Origin: Corynebacterium glutamicum ATCC 13032 | GTDB lineage: Bacteria > Actinomycetota > Actinomycetes > Mycobacteriales > Mycobacteriaceae | Direction of reading: 5' to 3' | DNA length: 32,000 nucleotides | Assembly (NCBI RefSeq): GCF_000011325.1 | Contig: NC_003450.3 | Coordinates: 3,240,001 to 3,272,000, forward strand | Shown here: positions 15,742 through 25,184 of the stretch, one piece after another | Position numbering within the stretch: position 1 is the stretch's first letter | Layout: every line of letters starts with the position of its first letter | Position numbers and translations under genes: made by a program | Notes under the pieces: generated by a model | The model's database searches: none | Told to the model about the DNA's origin: nothing | Seen by the model: the letters and a program-made list of their open reading frames with translations, nothing else

Positions 15742-16299
15742 CTATTGGAAAACTGCCAACCATTGGCGAGCCACAGCCAACTTTAGCAATTCCTCATCAA
15801 CATCTTGCCCTCGGACATAGAGGAAGTAAAAGTTTCTATCCATGCCCATCAAGCTAGCCAGGAACTGAACTCGACGCTCTTCATTCTCAACCAATTCGGG
15901 CACCGATTGGCTCAACCTCTGCATCATTGAAAGCCACTCATCGGCCACCGCAGCATCTTCGACCATCGCTTGTTCCATCGCCCCGAACACTTTGGCATTC
16001 GCTTTCCACACCTCCGTCATGGAGTCCAGCCATCTAAGAATGGACTCCAAAGTGTGTTCAGGGAGATCAAAAACTTTTAGGACAGGGGTGCGGACCGCGG
16101 GTTCAAGTTCCCGCATTTTAGCCATCATGAGATCGGGCTTGTTACGGAAATGAAGGTAAAGGTTTGCCCGGCTACCACCCGCTGCCTGAGCAATCTGATT
16201 CATGGAGGTGGAACCATAACCGTGCTCCAAGAAGAGTTCGTGGGCTACATCGATAAACCTTTGACGGGTCTCTGCGGCCTTGAGATCTTTCAGATTCAT
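15742..16299 (-). CDS. TetR-family transcriptional regulator
   Basis: Start moved to ATG 16299 (MNLKDLKAAETRQRFIDVAHELFLEHGYGSTSMNQIAQAAGGSRANLYLHFRNK), a typical TetR N-terminal HTH. The track extension to 16572 reads through the palindrome and into the dioxygenase 3' end. Confidence 0.85.
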   Translation of the reverse strand: MNLKDLKAAETRQRFIDVAHELFLEHGYGSTSMNQIAQAAGGSRANLYLHFRNKPDLMMAKMRELEPAVRTPVLKVFDLPEHTLESILRWLDSMTEVWKANAKVFGAMEQAMVEDAAVADEWLSMMQRLSQSVPELVENEERRVQFLASLMGMDRNFYFLYVRGQDVDEELLKLAVARQWLAVFQ

Positions 16300-16406
16300 T
16301 GGTGTTGCTCTTCTTGTTGAGGGACGGGCTCTGATCAGTGTAGAACAACGCAATCGTTTTCGGTTCGCTTCGCCTGTGAATTGATGGAGATCGGTCTGGA
16401 ATCCAA

Positions 16407-16442
16407 AGAATGCCAATGTTTCACGTGAAACATTGGCATTCT
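16407..16442. repeat. core palindrome copy 8 (36 bp perfect: AGAATGCCAATGTTTCAC|GTGAAACATTGGCATTCT)
   Basis: Read directly. It lies 26 nt after the dioxygenase stop (16469) and about 108 nt upstream of the TetR start. Confidence 0.95.
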
Positions 16443-16468
16443 GGAGGGTTGCGTCGAAAAGCGAAATC

Positions 16469-17374
16469 CTACGCGCCCGGCGCGAGCACGATGTCGAAGC
16501 GCGTGCGCGCCCACGTCTGATCGCCGAGATCCCGACCATCTGGGGTAGGAGTGCCTGGCGCCTGCTCCTCAAACTTCTTGATCAACGAGTCCTTGACCCC
16601 GAAGACGGAATCGCCGATTTCTAGCTGCGGATCACCCTCAACGAAAATGTGAGTGACCAAGGTGCGCAATTCAGGAGCGGTCACCATGAAGTGAAGGTGG
16701 GCGCAGCGCACCGGCGAACGACCAACCGCCTTGAGCATGTTGCCCACGGGGCCATCGTGGGGGATTGGATAAGGAACCGGAGTCAGACCCCAGAAGCGGT
16801 AATCGCCATTGGCGTCGGTGTGCATATACGCGCGACCCGCCATGCGCTCATCGGCATATTGGACATCGTAGAGTCCATCTTCATCGCACTCCCACACCTC
16901 GATACGAGCATTCGGAACGGGATTGCCTTCAGTGTCGGTGACGGTTCCTTCAATCCACGCTGCCTGCCCCTGGGCGCCGCCGGCGATATCTCCACCCAGC
17001 TCAACCTCAGGAGCGTCATCGAGGAAGAATGGACCAAAGACTGTAGCTTCCGTTGAGTTTTCATACGCTTCGTTGTTCACCGCGATGGTCTGCATCGAGG
17101 CGCCCAAGGTATCGGAAAGCAACACAAACTCTTGGCGCTTGTCATCAGTAATGTGGCCAACCGCTGTGAGGAAATCAATGGCGTAATTCCACTCATCCTC
17201 GGTGAGGCGCACATCCCGGATGAAATCGTGCAGATGCACAACCAGCGATTCCATCAGCTGCTTGAGGCGCGGGTTTTCACACGCATCAAAAGATTGGAGG
17301 ACACGGTTCACCAGATTTTCTTCAACAGCCTTTTGCTGCGCGCTGATGTTGTGGTCTGCGGTGGTGGTTGTCAT
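16469..17374 (-). CDS. intradiol ring-cleavage dioxygenase, hydroxyquinol 1,2-dioxygenase type
   Basis: 301 aa. It has an N-terminal helical dioxygenase_N region ([29 protein letters not shown]) and a C-terminal intradiol core ([14 protein letters not shown] ... CAHLHF). Adjacency to maleylacetate reductase supports the hydroxyquinol assignment. AAGGAGAAAATC precedes the ATG. Confidence 0.85.
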   Translation of the reverse strand: MTTTTADHNISAQQKAVEENLVNRVLQSFDACENPRLKQLMESLVVHLHDFIRDVRLTEDEWNYAIDFLTAVGHITDDKRQEFVLLSDTLGASMQTIAVNNEAYENSTEATVFGPFFLDDAPEVELGGDIAGGAQGQAAWIEGTVTDTEGNPVPNARIEVWECDEDGLYDVQYADERMAGRAYMHTDANGDYRFWGLTPVPYPIPHDGPVGNMLKAVGRSPVRCAHLHFMVTAPELRTLVTHIFVEGDPQLEIGDSVFGVKDSLIKKFEEQAPGTPTPDGRDLGDQTWARTRFDIVLAPGA

Positions 17375-17400
17375 GATTTTCTCCTTGAAAAATCGCCGGG

Positions 17401-18504
17401 TTAGTTACTGAGTACTGCGCTAAGAACTGCCGGATCCTCACCGTTGAGTGCTGCTTCGAGCAATCTGCTGAGGTTTTCCCGGGTCACTGGGCGAGGATTG
17501 TTGGCGGGAACTTTCTCCAACGTGACGTCCACTGCCTCAGCAATTCCTGAAGCCTCGAAGCCGTAGTCGGAAAGTCGTTTCGGTGCGTTGACTGACAAGC
17601 GGAGGCGTTGCAGGCCTTCTAGTGCGGTGTCAGTTCCAAAGGCTGCGGCTGCGCGGCGTTCAGCTTCTGGTGCGTCGCCTGCGTTGAATGCCAAAACATA
17701 CGGCAGCACGGTTGCGTGGGTTTGGGCGTGGGGGAGGTTGAAGGTGCCTCCCAAGGTGTGGCAGATTTTGTGGTGTAGTCCGGAGCCTGCGGAGGCGAAG
17801 GATACTGCTGCGAGGTAGGCGCCGTAGAGGGCTTCGTCGCGTCCTTCGATGCTGTGCGGGTTCGCAACAATTTTCGGCAGTCCCTGGTTGAGTGCGCGGA
17901 TTCCTTCGGCTGCAAGCACTGCGTTGATGGGATCGGCGTTGGGTCCCCACAAAGAATCAATGCAGTGCGCCAGGCCGTTGAGTCCGGATGCCACGGACAT
18001 CTCCACTGGAAGCGACATGGTGAGTTCGGAATCGTAAATGACTGTTTCGGGGAGCACCTTCAGATCAACACCGGTTGTTTTGCGCGCTGCTTCCGTCAGA
18101 CCCCACACGTTGGTTGCTTCCGATCCTGCGTAGGTGGTGGGGATCGCGACGATGGGCAGGGCAGTGGTCATGGCAATTGCTTTGGCCAAACCTATGGTGG
18201 ATCCGCCGCCAACACACACCAGCAGATCAATCTCATTGTCGGTTGCCACTGCACGCGCACGTTCGGCTACTTCGATGGGCACGTGCATGACAACTTCGTC
18301 GTGCCAGATCGCCACCTCAATTTCTGAGGCCACCTTATGGGCGATCGACATTTCTCGTTCACCCGCAATGACCATGACCTTGGCTGAGCCGCGGCGTTCA
18401 ACTTCCTGCTTTAAGAATGCACTGGACTTGCCATATCCAAACATGACTTTCTGTGGGAGGGTGTCGTGGTTGAATGCGAGTGAGTTGTTCACAGCGAGAA
18501 TCAC
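17401..18504 (-). CDS. maleylacetate reductase (iron-containing alcohol dehydrogenase fold)
   Basis: 367 aa with the Fe-ADH family pattern ([25 protein letters not shown]). It lies 26 nt upstream of the dioxygenase. The GTG start at 18504 is uncertain because I see no clear SD. Confidence 0.8.
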   Translation of the reverse strand: MILAVNNSLAFNHDTLPQKVMFGYGKSSAFLKQEVERRGSAKVMVIAGEREMSIAHKVASEIEVAIWHDEVVMHVPIEVAERARAVATDNEIDLLVCVGGGSTIGLAKAIAMTTALPIVAIPTTYAGSEATNVWGLTEAARKTTGVDLKVLPETVIYDSELTMSLPVEMSVASGLNGLAHCIDSLWGPNADPINAVLAAEGIRALNQGLPKIVANPHSIEGRDEALYGAYLAAVSFASAGSGLHHKICHTLGGTFNLPHAQTHATVLPYVLAFNAGDAPEAERRAAAAFGTDTALEGLQRLRLSVNAPKRLSDYGFEASGIAEAVDVTLEKVPANNPRPVTRENLSRLLEAALNGEDPAVLSAVLSN

Positions 18505-18558
18505 TTTCTAAAAGGTGTGGTGGTTTGTTAGGTGCTAGCCAAAGAGATCGGAGGGGGT

Positions 18559-20085
18559 TTAAGCCTTCTTGAAGATCTGGCCGGTGAATGCTGCGTGATC
18601 GAGTTCTTCAAGTGAGCGGCCACGGGTTTCAGGAACAAACTTGGTGACGAACGCCAGGGCAATGACTCCGACGACTGCGAAGATAAGGAAGGAGAAGGTG
18701 ATACCCACGCCGGAGACCAGTGCTGGGAAGAACAACGCTAGGACGCCATTGATGCCCCAACCGCAGAATACCGAAATACCGGTGCCGATACCCTTCATTC
18801 GGACTGGGAAGATTTCCGCCAGCCACACCCACACTGCAACGTTGAGGAAAGTCTGCATGGAGAGCACGAACCCAACAACAAGGATCATGATGGCGAATGG
18901 TCGAATGGAGTTACCTTCTGGAAGGAGAGTGCCGGCAGCTGCGATCAAAAGGTGGAAGGTGGTGGTCAGTGACAGGCCGATGATGAAGGTGGTGCGGCGA
19001 TCCAGGCGGTCCATGTTGCGCAGTGCGATCAGTCCACCGATGACGGCAACGGCACCGAAAGCAATGTTGGCAACCACAGCCATTTCTGCGCTCATGCCGG
19101 ATTCCTCGAGGACGCGGGTTCCGTAGTACATGATGGCGTTGATGCCGGTGAGCTGCTGGGCAACTGCAACACCGATGCCGGCGATGAGCAGACGAACCAG
19201 CCATTTGTTGCTGAGGACTTCGCCGATGGACATGTGGGTGTGCTTGCTAGAAACCTGGCCTGAAGCCTGGCCCGAAGACTGCTTAACACCAGGAAGTGCC
19301 GCATTGTTTTCAGAGTGCACCGCGATGATTTCATCCATTTCGGCTTTCGCACGCTCAGGGGTACGGACGGTCTCCATGACGCGGCGGGCGTCGTCGTAAC
19401 GCCCCTGGTTGACCAGCCAGCGTGGTGATTCCGGCATCCGCAGCATGCCGAGGAAGAGGGCGACGGCAGGGAGGGCACAGACGGCGAACATGATGCGCCA
19501 GATTCCATCAATAACTCCGTGTAGGGTGACGGCGATAAGCGCGTTGATCACGAAGGCAAGCAGCTGGCCGGTGACGATAGCAAGCTCGTTTCGGCCGGTC
19601 AGGGAGCCGCGGATTTCTAGTGGTGCGAGTTCAGCGAGGTACACCGGAACTACTGTGGAGGCGCCGCCAACCGCGAGACCCAACATGATGCGCCCGGTGA
19701 CCAAGGTGGCAAATCCTGGTCCGTAGAACTGCCCCAGCTCACCGGCGGGGGAGAATACGACGAGGATTGATCCGAGGAAGAACAGCACGGACAAAGTGAT
19801 AATTGCTTTTCGACGCCCGATTTCGTCCGAGATACGCCCAGCGAACAGCGCGCCAAAGGCTGCAGCGAAAACCAGTGAACTGATGACAACGCCGAGCTGC
19901 AGCACGTTGAGTCCGAGTTCTTGTGCCATGTGGCCTTCGGCGCCGTTGGCGACACCGGTGTCATAGCCGAAGAGAAGTCCGCCGAGACAGGCGACGAGGG
20001 AAATTTGTCCAAGTCGACGCGCTGGTCGGCCTGCTGTTGGTGCTGTAGTGGCCGATGTACTTGATGTGGCCTTGATGTCCGTCAT
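18559..20085 (-). CDS. iolT2: MFS sugar porter, myo-inositol/proton symporter
   Basis: Start moved to ATG 20085 (MTDIKATSS...), preceded by AAAGGA. Sugar-porter motifs LFGYDTGV, GRISDEIGRRK and PESPRWL are present. The symbol comes from memory of the C. glutamicum locus. Confidence 0.85.
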   Translation of the reverse strand: MTDIKATSSTSATTAPTAGRPARRLGQISLVACLGGLLFGYDTGVANGAEGHMAQELGLNVLQLGVVISSLVFAAAFGALFAGRISDEIGRRKAIITLSVLFFLGSILVVFSPAGELGQFYGPGFATLVTGRIMLGLAVGGASTVVPVYLAELAPLEIRGSLTGRNELAIVTGQLLAFVINALIAVTLHGVIDGIWRIMFAVCALPAVALFLGMLRMPESPRWLVNQGRYDDARRVMETVRTPERAKAEMDEIIAVHSENNAALPGVKQSSGQASGQVSSKHTHMSIGEVLSNKWLVRLLIAGIGVAVAQQLTGINAIMYYGTRVLEESGMSAEMAVVANIAFGAVAVIGGLIALRNMDRLDRRTTFIIGLSLTTTFHLLIAAAGTLLPEGNSIRPFAIMILVVGFVLSMQTFLNVAVWVWLAEIFPVRMKGIGTGISVFCGWGINGVLALFFPALVSGVGITFSFLIFAVVGVIALAFVTKFVPETRGRSLEELDHAAFTGQIFKKA

Positions 20086-20508
20086 GTTGTGTCCTTTTAT
20101 CTTTGATGAAGTCACAATTGTTGCTATATGCAGCTCTTAACCGATCCAGAAAGCAGAGTTATGGAAAAGGGTTTGGAGCATTTAGCCCTGTGCACTTGTA
20201 AAGCTTGTTCAAACGACTTAAAACAACCGGGAAGGTGGCCGGCCTACGCTTTTAGGAGAAGGAGGGACGAAGGTGTGAGTCCCATTTCCTCGCTAGTTCA
20301 ATGATTCTGGTTCTTTCATTGGGGTTGCCCCCGATTTCGAACTATCATCTACCGGACATCTTGTTCGTAAGATAAGCTTTTGTCAAGACTTTTTGTGTTG
20401 TGGGTTACTTTTTGTCGATATAGTTACCCAAGACAACCTGTTTAGCCGTCACAAAACACCCCATGCGGGGGCAAAATCAAAAACAACCTTTAGAAAAACG
20501 GATCAAAT

Positions 20509-21993
20509 ATGCAAACCATTCAGCTACTCACCAAAGCAGGACTTTTAGTAGACGCACTTTCGGCAGGGCCAAATACTCATTCTGAGCTGGCAAAACAGTT
20601 AAATGAGCCGAGGTCGTCGATCTATCGAATAACGTCTTCGTTAGAGGAAGTCGGGTACGTCAACATCACCAGCAGTGGCTTGTTAGGGCTTGGCGTAAAC
20701 ATCCTCCACCTGGGCGAAAGTGCCGTTGACGCCCTGCTTAACAGAACTTTATTGCGGGAAAAATTAGGCTGGCTCCGCGATCAGCTGGGCATGACCGCTT
20801 TCTTTTGCACCCTCCAAGATGACCGCATCATCAGTCTGGATTGGCAGGAGGGCGCAGATATTGATCTGATTTACCTCGCCCCTGGCCGCACGCTCCCGTC
20901 CCAAAAAGGTGCAGTCTCCCATGTGCTCCAGGGCAAAGACCTGCGCAAAGGGTGGAGTATTGATCACGGCGAGCTCACCGTTGGAGTGTCATCCTTAGCT
21001 GTCGCGGTGAAAAACGCTAACGGCGACGTCTTAGGTGCAGTGGCGGTAGCTGGGCTGAGTGCAAGCGTTGAGAGCAAAATCGACACCATCCGGGACACGT
21101 TGAAGGAAACTGCGTGCGCAATCGCAAACATGCCGCCAGCCAAAACGCAGGAATTCGATCCATCACGAATCAAGGAACCCAATTCACCTTCGGTAATCAC
21201 CAAAGCGGCAACGCTCATGGATGTGCTCCGCACTGAAGGTCCCACCAACTCCGCTCGCCTAGCTGAGGTGCTGGGGGAGCCGATCAGTTCGGTGTACAGA
21301 ATGCTCCACACCTTAACCGCGATCGGGTGGGTTGAGCAGGACGGAAAGCGCGGCTCCTATCGCGTTGGCCTAGCCATGCTCACACTTGCCGAATTGCAAT
21401 TGCGCCATATGGATCTCCGCAAGATCGCCGCACTAACAATGCGGAAAATTCATGCACTCACTGGTGAAACCACATTTTTATGTGTTCGTCACGGCATTCG
21501 CGCGGTATGCATCGAGAGGGTCGATGGCGATCGTGTGAATAGTCGAGTTCTCCAGCTGGGAACCTCGCTGCCGCTCCATGTCGGTGCCGCACCTCGTGCG
21601 CTTCTCGCTTTTGAGGGACGCAGGGCCTGGGAAACATATGCCACAAACTTAGGATTCGAGGGCCATAACTGGTCTAAAGGACCGTCCAGAGGCGAGCTAT
21701 TCCAACACTTGGACGAAGACCGCGATAAGGGTTTTTGCCTGGTAGACAATGAAATTACTCCCGGGATCGCCGCTGTAGGAGCACCGATTTACAACCATCG
21801 TGGTGAAGTCGTGGCAAGCCTGTCCATGAGTGGACTGCGGGACGGCATCCTCAGCGATACCACCGACTACTCGGCCGTGGAACTGATCCTGCAGGGGTCT
21901 GCGGAGATTTCCCAAGCGCTGGGAGCGACCATTGAGCACAACGGGGGCAACCAAAAACTACCCCAGGTAACCCCTCTGAGCATTGTGGTTTAA
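20509..21993 (+). CDS. IclR-family regulator with two tandem HTH + effector modules
   Basis: 494 aa, about twice the normal IclR size. Module 1 spans aa 1-205 (HTH SELAKQLNEPRSSIYRITSSLEEVGYV). A linker spans about aa 206-227. Module 2 spans aa 228-475 (HTH ARLAEVLGEPISSVYRMLHTLTAIGWV) and has a full effector domain (...PLHVGAAPRALLAF ... GIAAVGAPIYNHRGEVVASLSMSG). Confidence 0.85.
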   Translation: MQTIQLLTKAGLLVDALSAGPNTHSELAKQLNEPRSSIYRITSSLEEVGYVNITSSGLLGLGVNILHLGESAVDALLNRTLLREKLGWLRDQLGMTAFFCTLQDDRIISLDWQEGADIDLIYLAPGRTLPSQKGAVSHVLQGKDLRKGWSIDHGELTVGVSSLAVAVKNANGDVLGAVAVAGLSASVESKIDTIRDTLKETACAIANMPPAKTQEFDPSRIKEPNSPSVITKAATLMDVLRTEGPTNSARLAEVLGEPISSVYRMLHTLTAIGWVEQDGKRGSYRVGLAMLTLAELQLRHMDLRKIAALTMRKIHALTGETTFLCVRHGIRAVCIERVDGDRVNSRVLQLGTSLPLHVGAAPRALLAFEGRRAWETYATNLGFEGHNWSKGPSRGELFQHLDEDRDKGFCLVDNEITPGIAAVGAPIYNHRGEVVASLSMSGLRDGILSDTTDYSAVELILQGSAEISQALGATIEHNGGNQKLPQVTPLSIVV

Positions 21994-22145
21994 GCAATTC
22001 ATTGACGTACAAAGTGATGCGTGTCATGATTGAGACACTTGTCCGGTAGGTGAGTCTTCGTGAGATACCCCCGGCCAGTCATACAGTTCAACCAAGCTCC
22101 ACCACCCAGATAAAAACCTGCGGGTTGCGTTTTAGGAGAATTCCC

Positions 22146-23225
22146 ATGAGTGATCAAAAAATTGTTGTTGGCCTGCTAGGCATCACCCACCCGCATGCGT
22201 CGGCGCGGGTGCGTGCCCTCCGTGAAATTGATGGGGTAGAGGTCGTCGCCGCCGCGGATACTGATTCCCGCCTCCAGTACTTCACCGACAAATATGATGT
22301 TGAACCCCGCGAGATCGATGACGTCTTGAACGACGATCGCATCAACGCCATCATGGTTCACTCCAAGAGCAAGGACATGGTCCCTCACGCCAAGCGCGCG
22401 CTCGCGGCCGGAAAATCCGTCGTCGTGGAGAAGCCCGGCGGGGGAACAGTGGCGGATCTTGAGGAGCTCCTGGCCCTCAAAGAAGCTGCCGATCCTCAGC
22501 GAATCGTGCAGGTCGGGTACAACGTCCGCCTGTCTGAATCGGTTCAGAGATTAAAAGAGCTTCTCGACGCCGGCCTCATCGGCGAAGTCGTCAGCGTGCA
22601 AGCACGCGGCGCCGCAAAAGTAGGTGAGCATATCACCGAGCACCTCAACCAACCCGCAGACATGGGCGGTGTGTTGTGGATTCTTGGCTGCCACATGCTC
22701 GATGCATTGGTGGAAGTCTTCGGAGCTCCAGAATCCGTGAACGCCCGAGTGCATAAGACCGCAAAACTCTCTGACGACACCAGCCGCGAAGACTCAGCCT
22801 CCGCACTGCTGTACTACCCAGATTTCTCCGTCAGCTTCAGCTTCGACGGCCACGATGATCTGGAATGGTTCGAAAGCTCCCGACTCACGGTCTATGGAAC
22901 CAAGGGCATGATCGAAGCCGGAATCCTCCCTCAGACACTGCGCGTATACCTCAATGAGTCACGCCAGGGCTGGCCACAGGGTTGGACCGAGTGGACCCAG
23001 AGCTACTTCACCCCACCGTTTGCTCGCACAGAATCCAACAAATTCTCAGAGCTTCCAGAGCTAGAAAACATCAGCAACTTCCGCACAGAAATGCAGGGGT
23101 GGGTGAATTCCATTCGCACTGGATCCCGCAATGTGGCGCCAGTTGAGGATGCTCTCACAGTCGCTCGCATTGTCAGTGCATGCTACGAATCCGACAACAA
23201 CCAGGGCATTTCCGTAAACATCTAA
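22146..23225 (+). CDS. oxiC: Gfo/Idh/MocA-family oxidoreductase
   Basis: Start moved to ATG 22146 (MSDQKIVVGLLGITHPHA), preceded by AGGAG. It has an N-terminal Rossmann fold and the EKP motif (VVVEKPGG). The symbol comes from memory of the C. glutamicum inositol cluster II. Confidence 0.8.
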   Translation: MSDQKIVVGLLGITHPHASARVRALREIDGVEVVAAADTDSRLQYFTDKYDVEPREIDDVLNDDRINAIMVHSKSKDMVPHAKRALAAGKSVVVEKPGGGTVADLEELLALKEAADPQRIVQVGYNVRLSESVQRLKELLDAGLIGEVVSVQARGAAKVGEHITEHLNQPADMGGVLWILGCHMLDALVEVFGAPESVNARVHKTAKLSDDTSREDSASALLYYPDFSVSFSFDGHDDLEWFESSRLTVYGTKGMIEAGILPQTLRVYLNESRQGWPQGWTEWTQSYFTPPFARTESNKFSELPELENISNFRTEMQGWVNSIRTGSRNVAPVEDALTVARIVSACYESDNNQGISVNI

Positions 23226-23237
23226 GAGGAGCACTCC

Positions 23238-24119
23238 ATGAAACCACAACTTATTGCATCTTGCTGGACCAGCGCGGGAGACGCCGCACCCGATCGTGAC
23301 GATCTCAGCAGCCCAGTAGCAATCGATGAGCGCATCGCTCTAGTCGCTGAAACCGGTTGGGCAGGCATTGGGCTTGTTCACGCCGATCTCATCAAAGCAC
23401 GCGACACCATTGGCTACGAGGAATTGCGCCGACGCATCCACGCTGCAGGAATTGAAATCATTGAGGTGGAGTTCCTCAATGGTTGGTGGGCGACTGGTGC
23501 GGAACGCCAAGAGTCCGATGCCGTTCGTGCGGATCTGTTTGCTGCGGCGCAAGCTCTTGGTTCCCCACACATTAAGGTCGGAGCAGGAGAGGGCACCAAT
23601 GGTGTGGTTCCCATTGCTCACATGGCCAGTGCGTTTACTGATCTCGCTGCGGAAGCTGAAGCTCATGGCGTCAAGCTCGCGTTGGAAGCAACTCCGTTTT
23701 CTCACCTGAAGACCATCTACGACGCGCTGGAAGTTGTCAGCCATTCCGATAGCCCATCGGCTGGACTCATGGTTGATATCTGGCACACCGCGAAAATCGG
23801 AATCCCCAACGATGAACTGTGGCGCAACATTCCACTGTCCAAGGTCAACGCAGTGGAGGTTGATGATGGTTTCATTGACACCCCAATTGATCTTTTCGAT
23901 GACTCCACCAACCGTCGCGCGTACTGCGGTGAAGGCGAATTTGATCCCGCAAGCTTCATCCGTGGCGCCATCGACGCCGGTTGGACGGGCGCATATGGTG
24001 TGGAAATTATTTCCGCAGAGCACCGAAGCCTCCCGGTGAAAGAAGGGCTGCAACGTGCTTTCGACACCACCATCGCAGCGTTTGAACAAGCTGCTCGTCT
24101 CGCCCCCTCCACTAACTGA
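23238..24119 (+). CDS. xylose-isomerase-like TIM-barrel protein (sugar phosphate isomerase/epimerase; IolE/IolI/IolH superfamily)
   Basis: 293 aa with GAGGAG SD, starting 12 nt after the oxiC stop. The sequence pattern (GIEIIEVEF..., HIKVGAGE, LALEATPFSHL, VDIWH) fits the AP_endonuc_2 fold. Confidence 0.75.
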   Translation: MKPQLIASCWTSAGDAAPDRDDLSSPVAIDERIALVAETGWAGIGLVHADLIKARDTIGYEELRRRIHAAGIEIIEVEFLNGWWATGAERQESDAVRADLFAAAQALGSPHIKVGAGEGTNGVVPIAHMASAFTDLAAEAEAHGVKLALEATPFSHLKTIYDALEVVSHSDSPSAGLMVDIWHTAKIGIPNDELWRNIPLSKVNAVEVDDGFIDTPIDLFDDSTNRRAYCGEGEFDPASFIRGAIDAGWTGAYGVEIISAEHRSLPVKEGLQRAFDTTIAAFEQAARLAPSTN

Positions 24120-24142
24120 TCTTTGAAAGGCTGAAAAAACTC

Positions 24143-25150
24143 ATGACTCTTCGTATCGCCCTTTTCGGCGCTGGCCGCATCGGTCACGTCCACGCTGCCA
24201 ACATTGCTGCAAACCCTGATCTTGAACTCGTTGTTATCGCCGATCCTTTCATTGAAGGCGCACAGCGTTTGGCAGAAGCCAATGGGGCAGAAGCGGTTGC
24301 ATCACCAGATGAGGTGTTCGCCCGCGATGATATCGATGGCATCGTGATCGGTTCACCAACCAGCACCCACGTTGATCTGATCACCCGCGCCGTGGAACGT
24401 GGCATTCCTGCACTGTGCGAAAAACCCATTGATTTAGACATTGAAATGGTGCGTGCCTGCAAAGAGAAGATCGGCGACGGCGCTTCCAAGGTGATGCTGG
24501 GGTTTAACCGACGCTTCGATCCTTCTTTCGCTGCCATCAATGCGCGAGTGGCAAACCAGGAGATCGGCAACCTGGAGCAGTTGGTGATCATCAGCCGCGA
24601 TCCAGCGCCCGCACCGAAGGACTACATCGCAGGTTCCGGTGGAATCTTCCGCGATATGACCATCCACGATCTGGATATGGCGCGTTTCTTTGTGCCCAAT
24701 ATCGTGGAAGTGACTGCAACCGGCGCCAATGTTTTCAGCCAGGAAATCGCGGAGTTCAATGACTACGACCAGGTTATCGTCACGCTTCGTGGCTCAAAGG
24801 GCGAGTTGATCAACATCGTGAACTCCCGCCACTGCTCCTACGGCTACGACCAGCGACTTGAGGCTTTCGGCTCTAAGGGCATGCTCGCCGCCGACAACAT
24901 CAGGCCCACCACGGTGCGCAAGCACAATGCGGAAAGCACCGAGCAGGCAGATCCGATTTTCAACTTCTTCCTCGAGCGCTACGACGCCGCTTACAAGGCA
25001 GAGCTCGCAACTTTTGCTCAAGGAATCCGCGACGGCCAAGGCTTCTCACCAAACTTCGAGGACGGCGTCATCGCCCTTGAACTAGCGAATGCATGCCTTG
25101 AATCAGCTCAAACCGGCCGCACCGTCACCCTCAACCCTGCCAACGTTTAG
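24143..25150 (+). CDS. oxiD: inositol 2-dehydrogenase-type Gfo/Idh/MocA oxidoreductase
   Basis: 335 aa with MTLRIALFGAGRIGHVHA (Rossmann), CEKPI, and GGIFRDMTIHDLDMARF, typical of IolG/IdhA enzymes. Confidence 0.85.
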   Translation: MTLRIALFGAGRIGHVHAANIAANPDLELVVIADPFIEGAQRLAEANGAEAVASPDEVFARDDIDGIVIGSPTSTHVDLITRAVERGIPALCEKPIDLDIEMVRACKEKIGDGASKVMLGFNRRFDPSFAAINARVANQEIGNLEQLVIISRDPAPAPKDYIAGSGGIFRDMTIHDLDMARFFVPNIVEVTATGANVFSQEIAEFNDYDQVIVTLRGSKGELINIVNSRHCSYGYDQRLEAFGSKGMLAADNIRPTTVRKHNAESTEQADPIFNFFLERYDAAYKAELATFAQGIRDGQGFSPNFEDGVIALELANACLESAQTGRTVTLNPANV

Positions 25151-25184
25151 TCAACGTCTAGTTAATGCCTAAGGAGAAAACCTC

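Noticed and set aside
20244-20285. 13-codon minus-strand uORF (MGLTPSSLLLLKA) about 160 nt upstream of iolT2
   Set aside because: The only support is a GAGGAA-like SD. It is too short to assess without conservation data.
23340-24089. 249-aa minus-strand ORF antisense to the TIM-barrel gene, with similar antisense ORFs at 23717-24193 and 24184-24591
   Set aside because: These are shadow ORFs opposite genes with clear family motifs and SD sequences. They show no start context or recognisable motifs.
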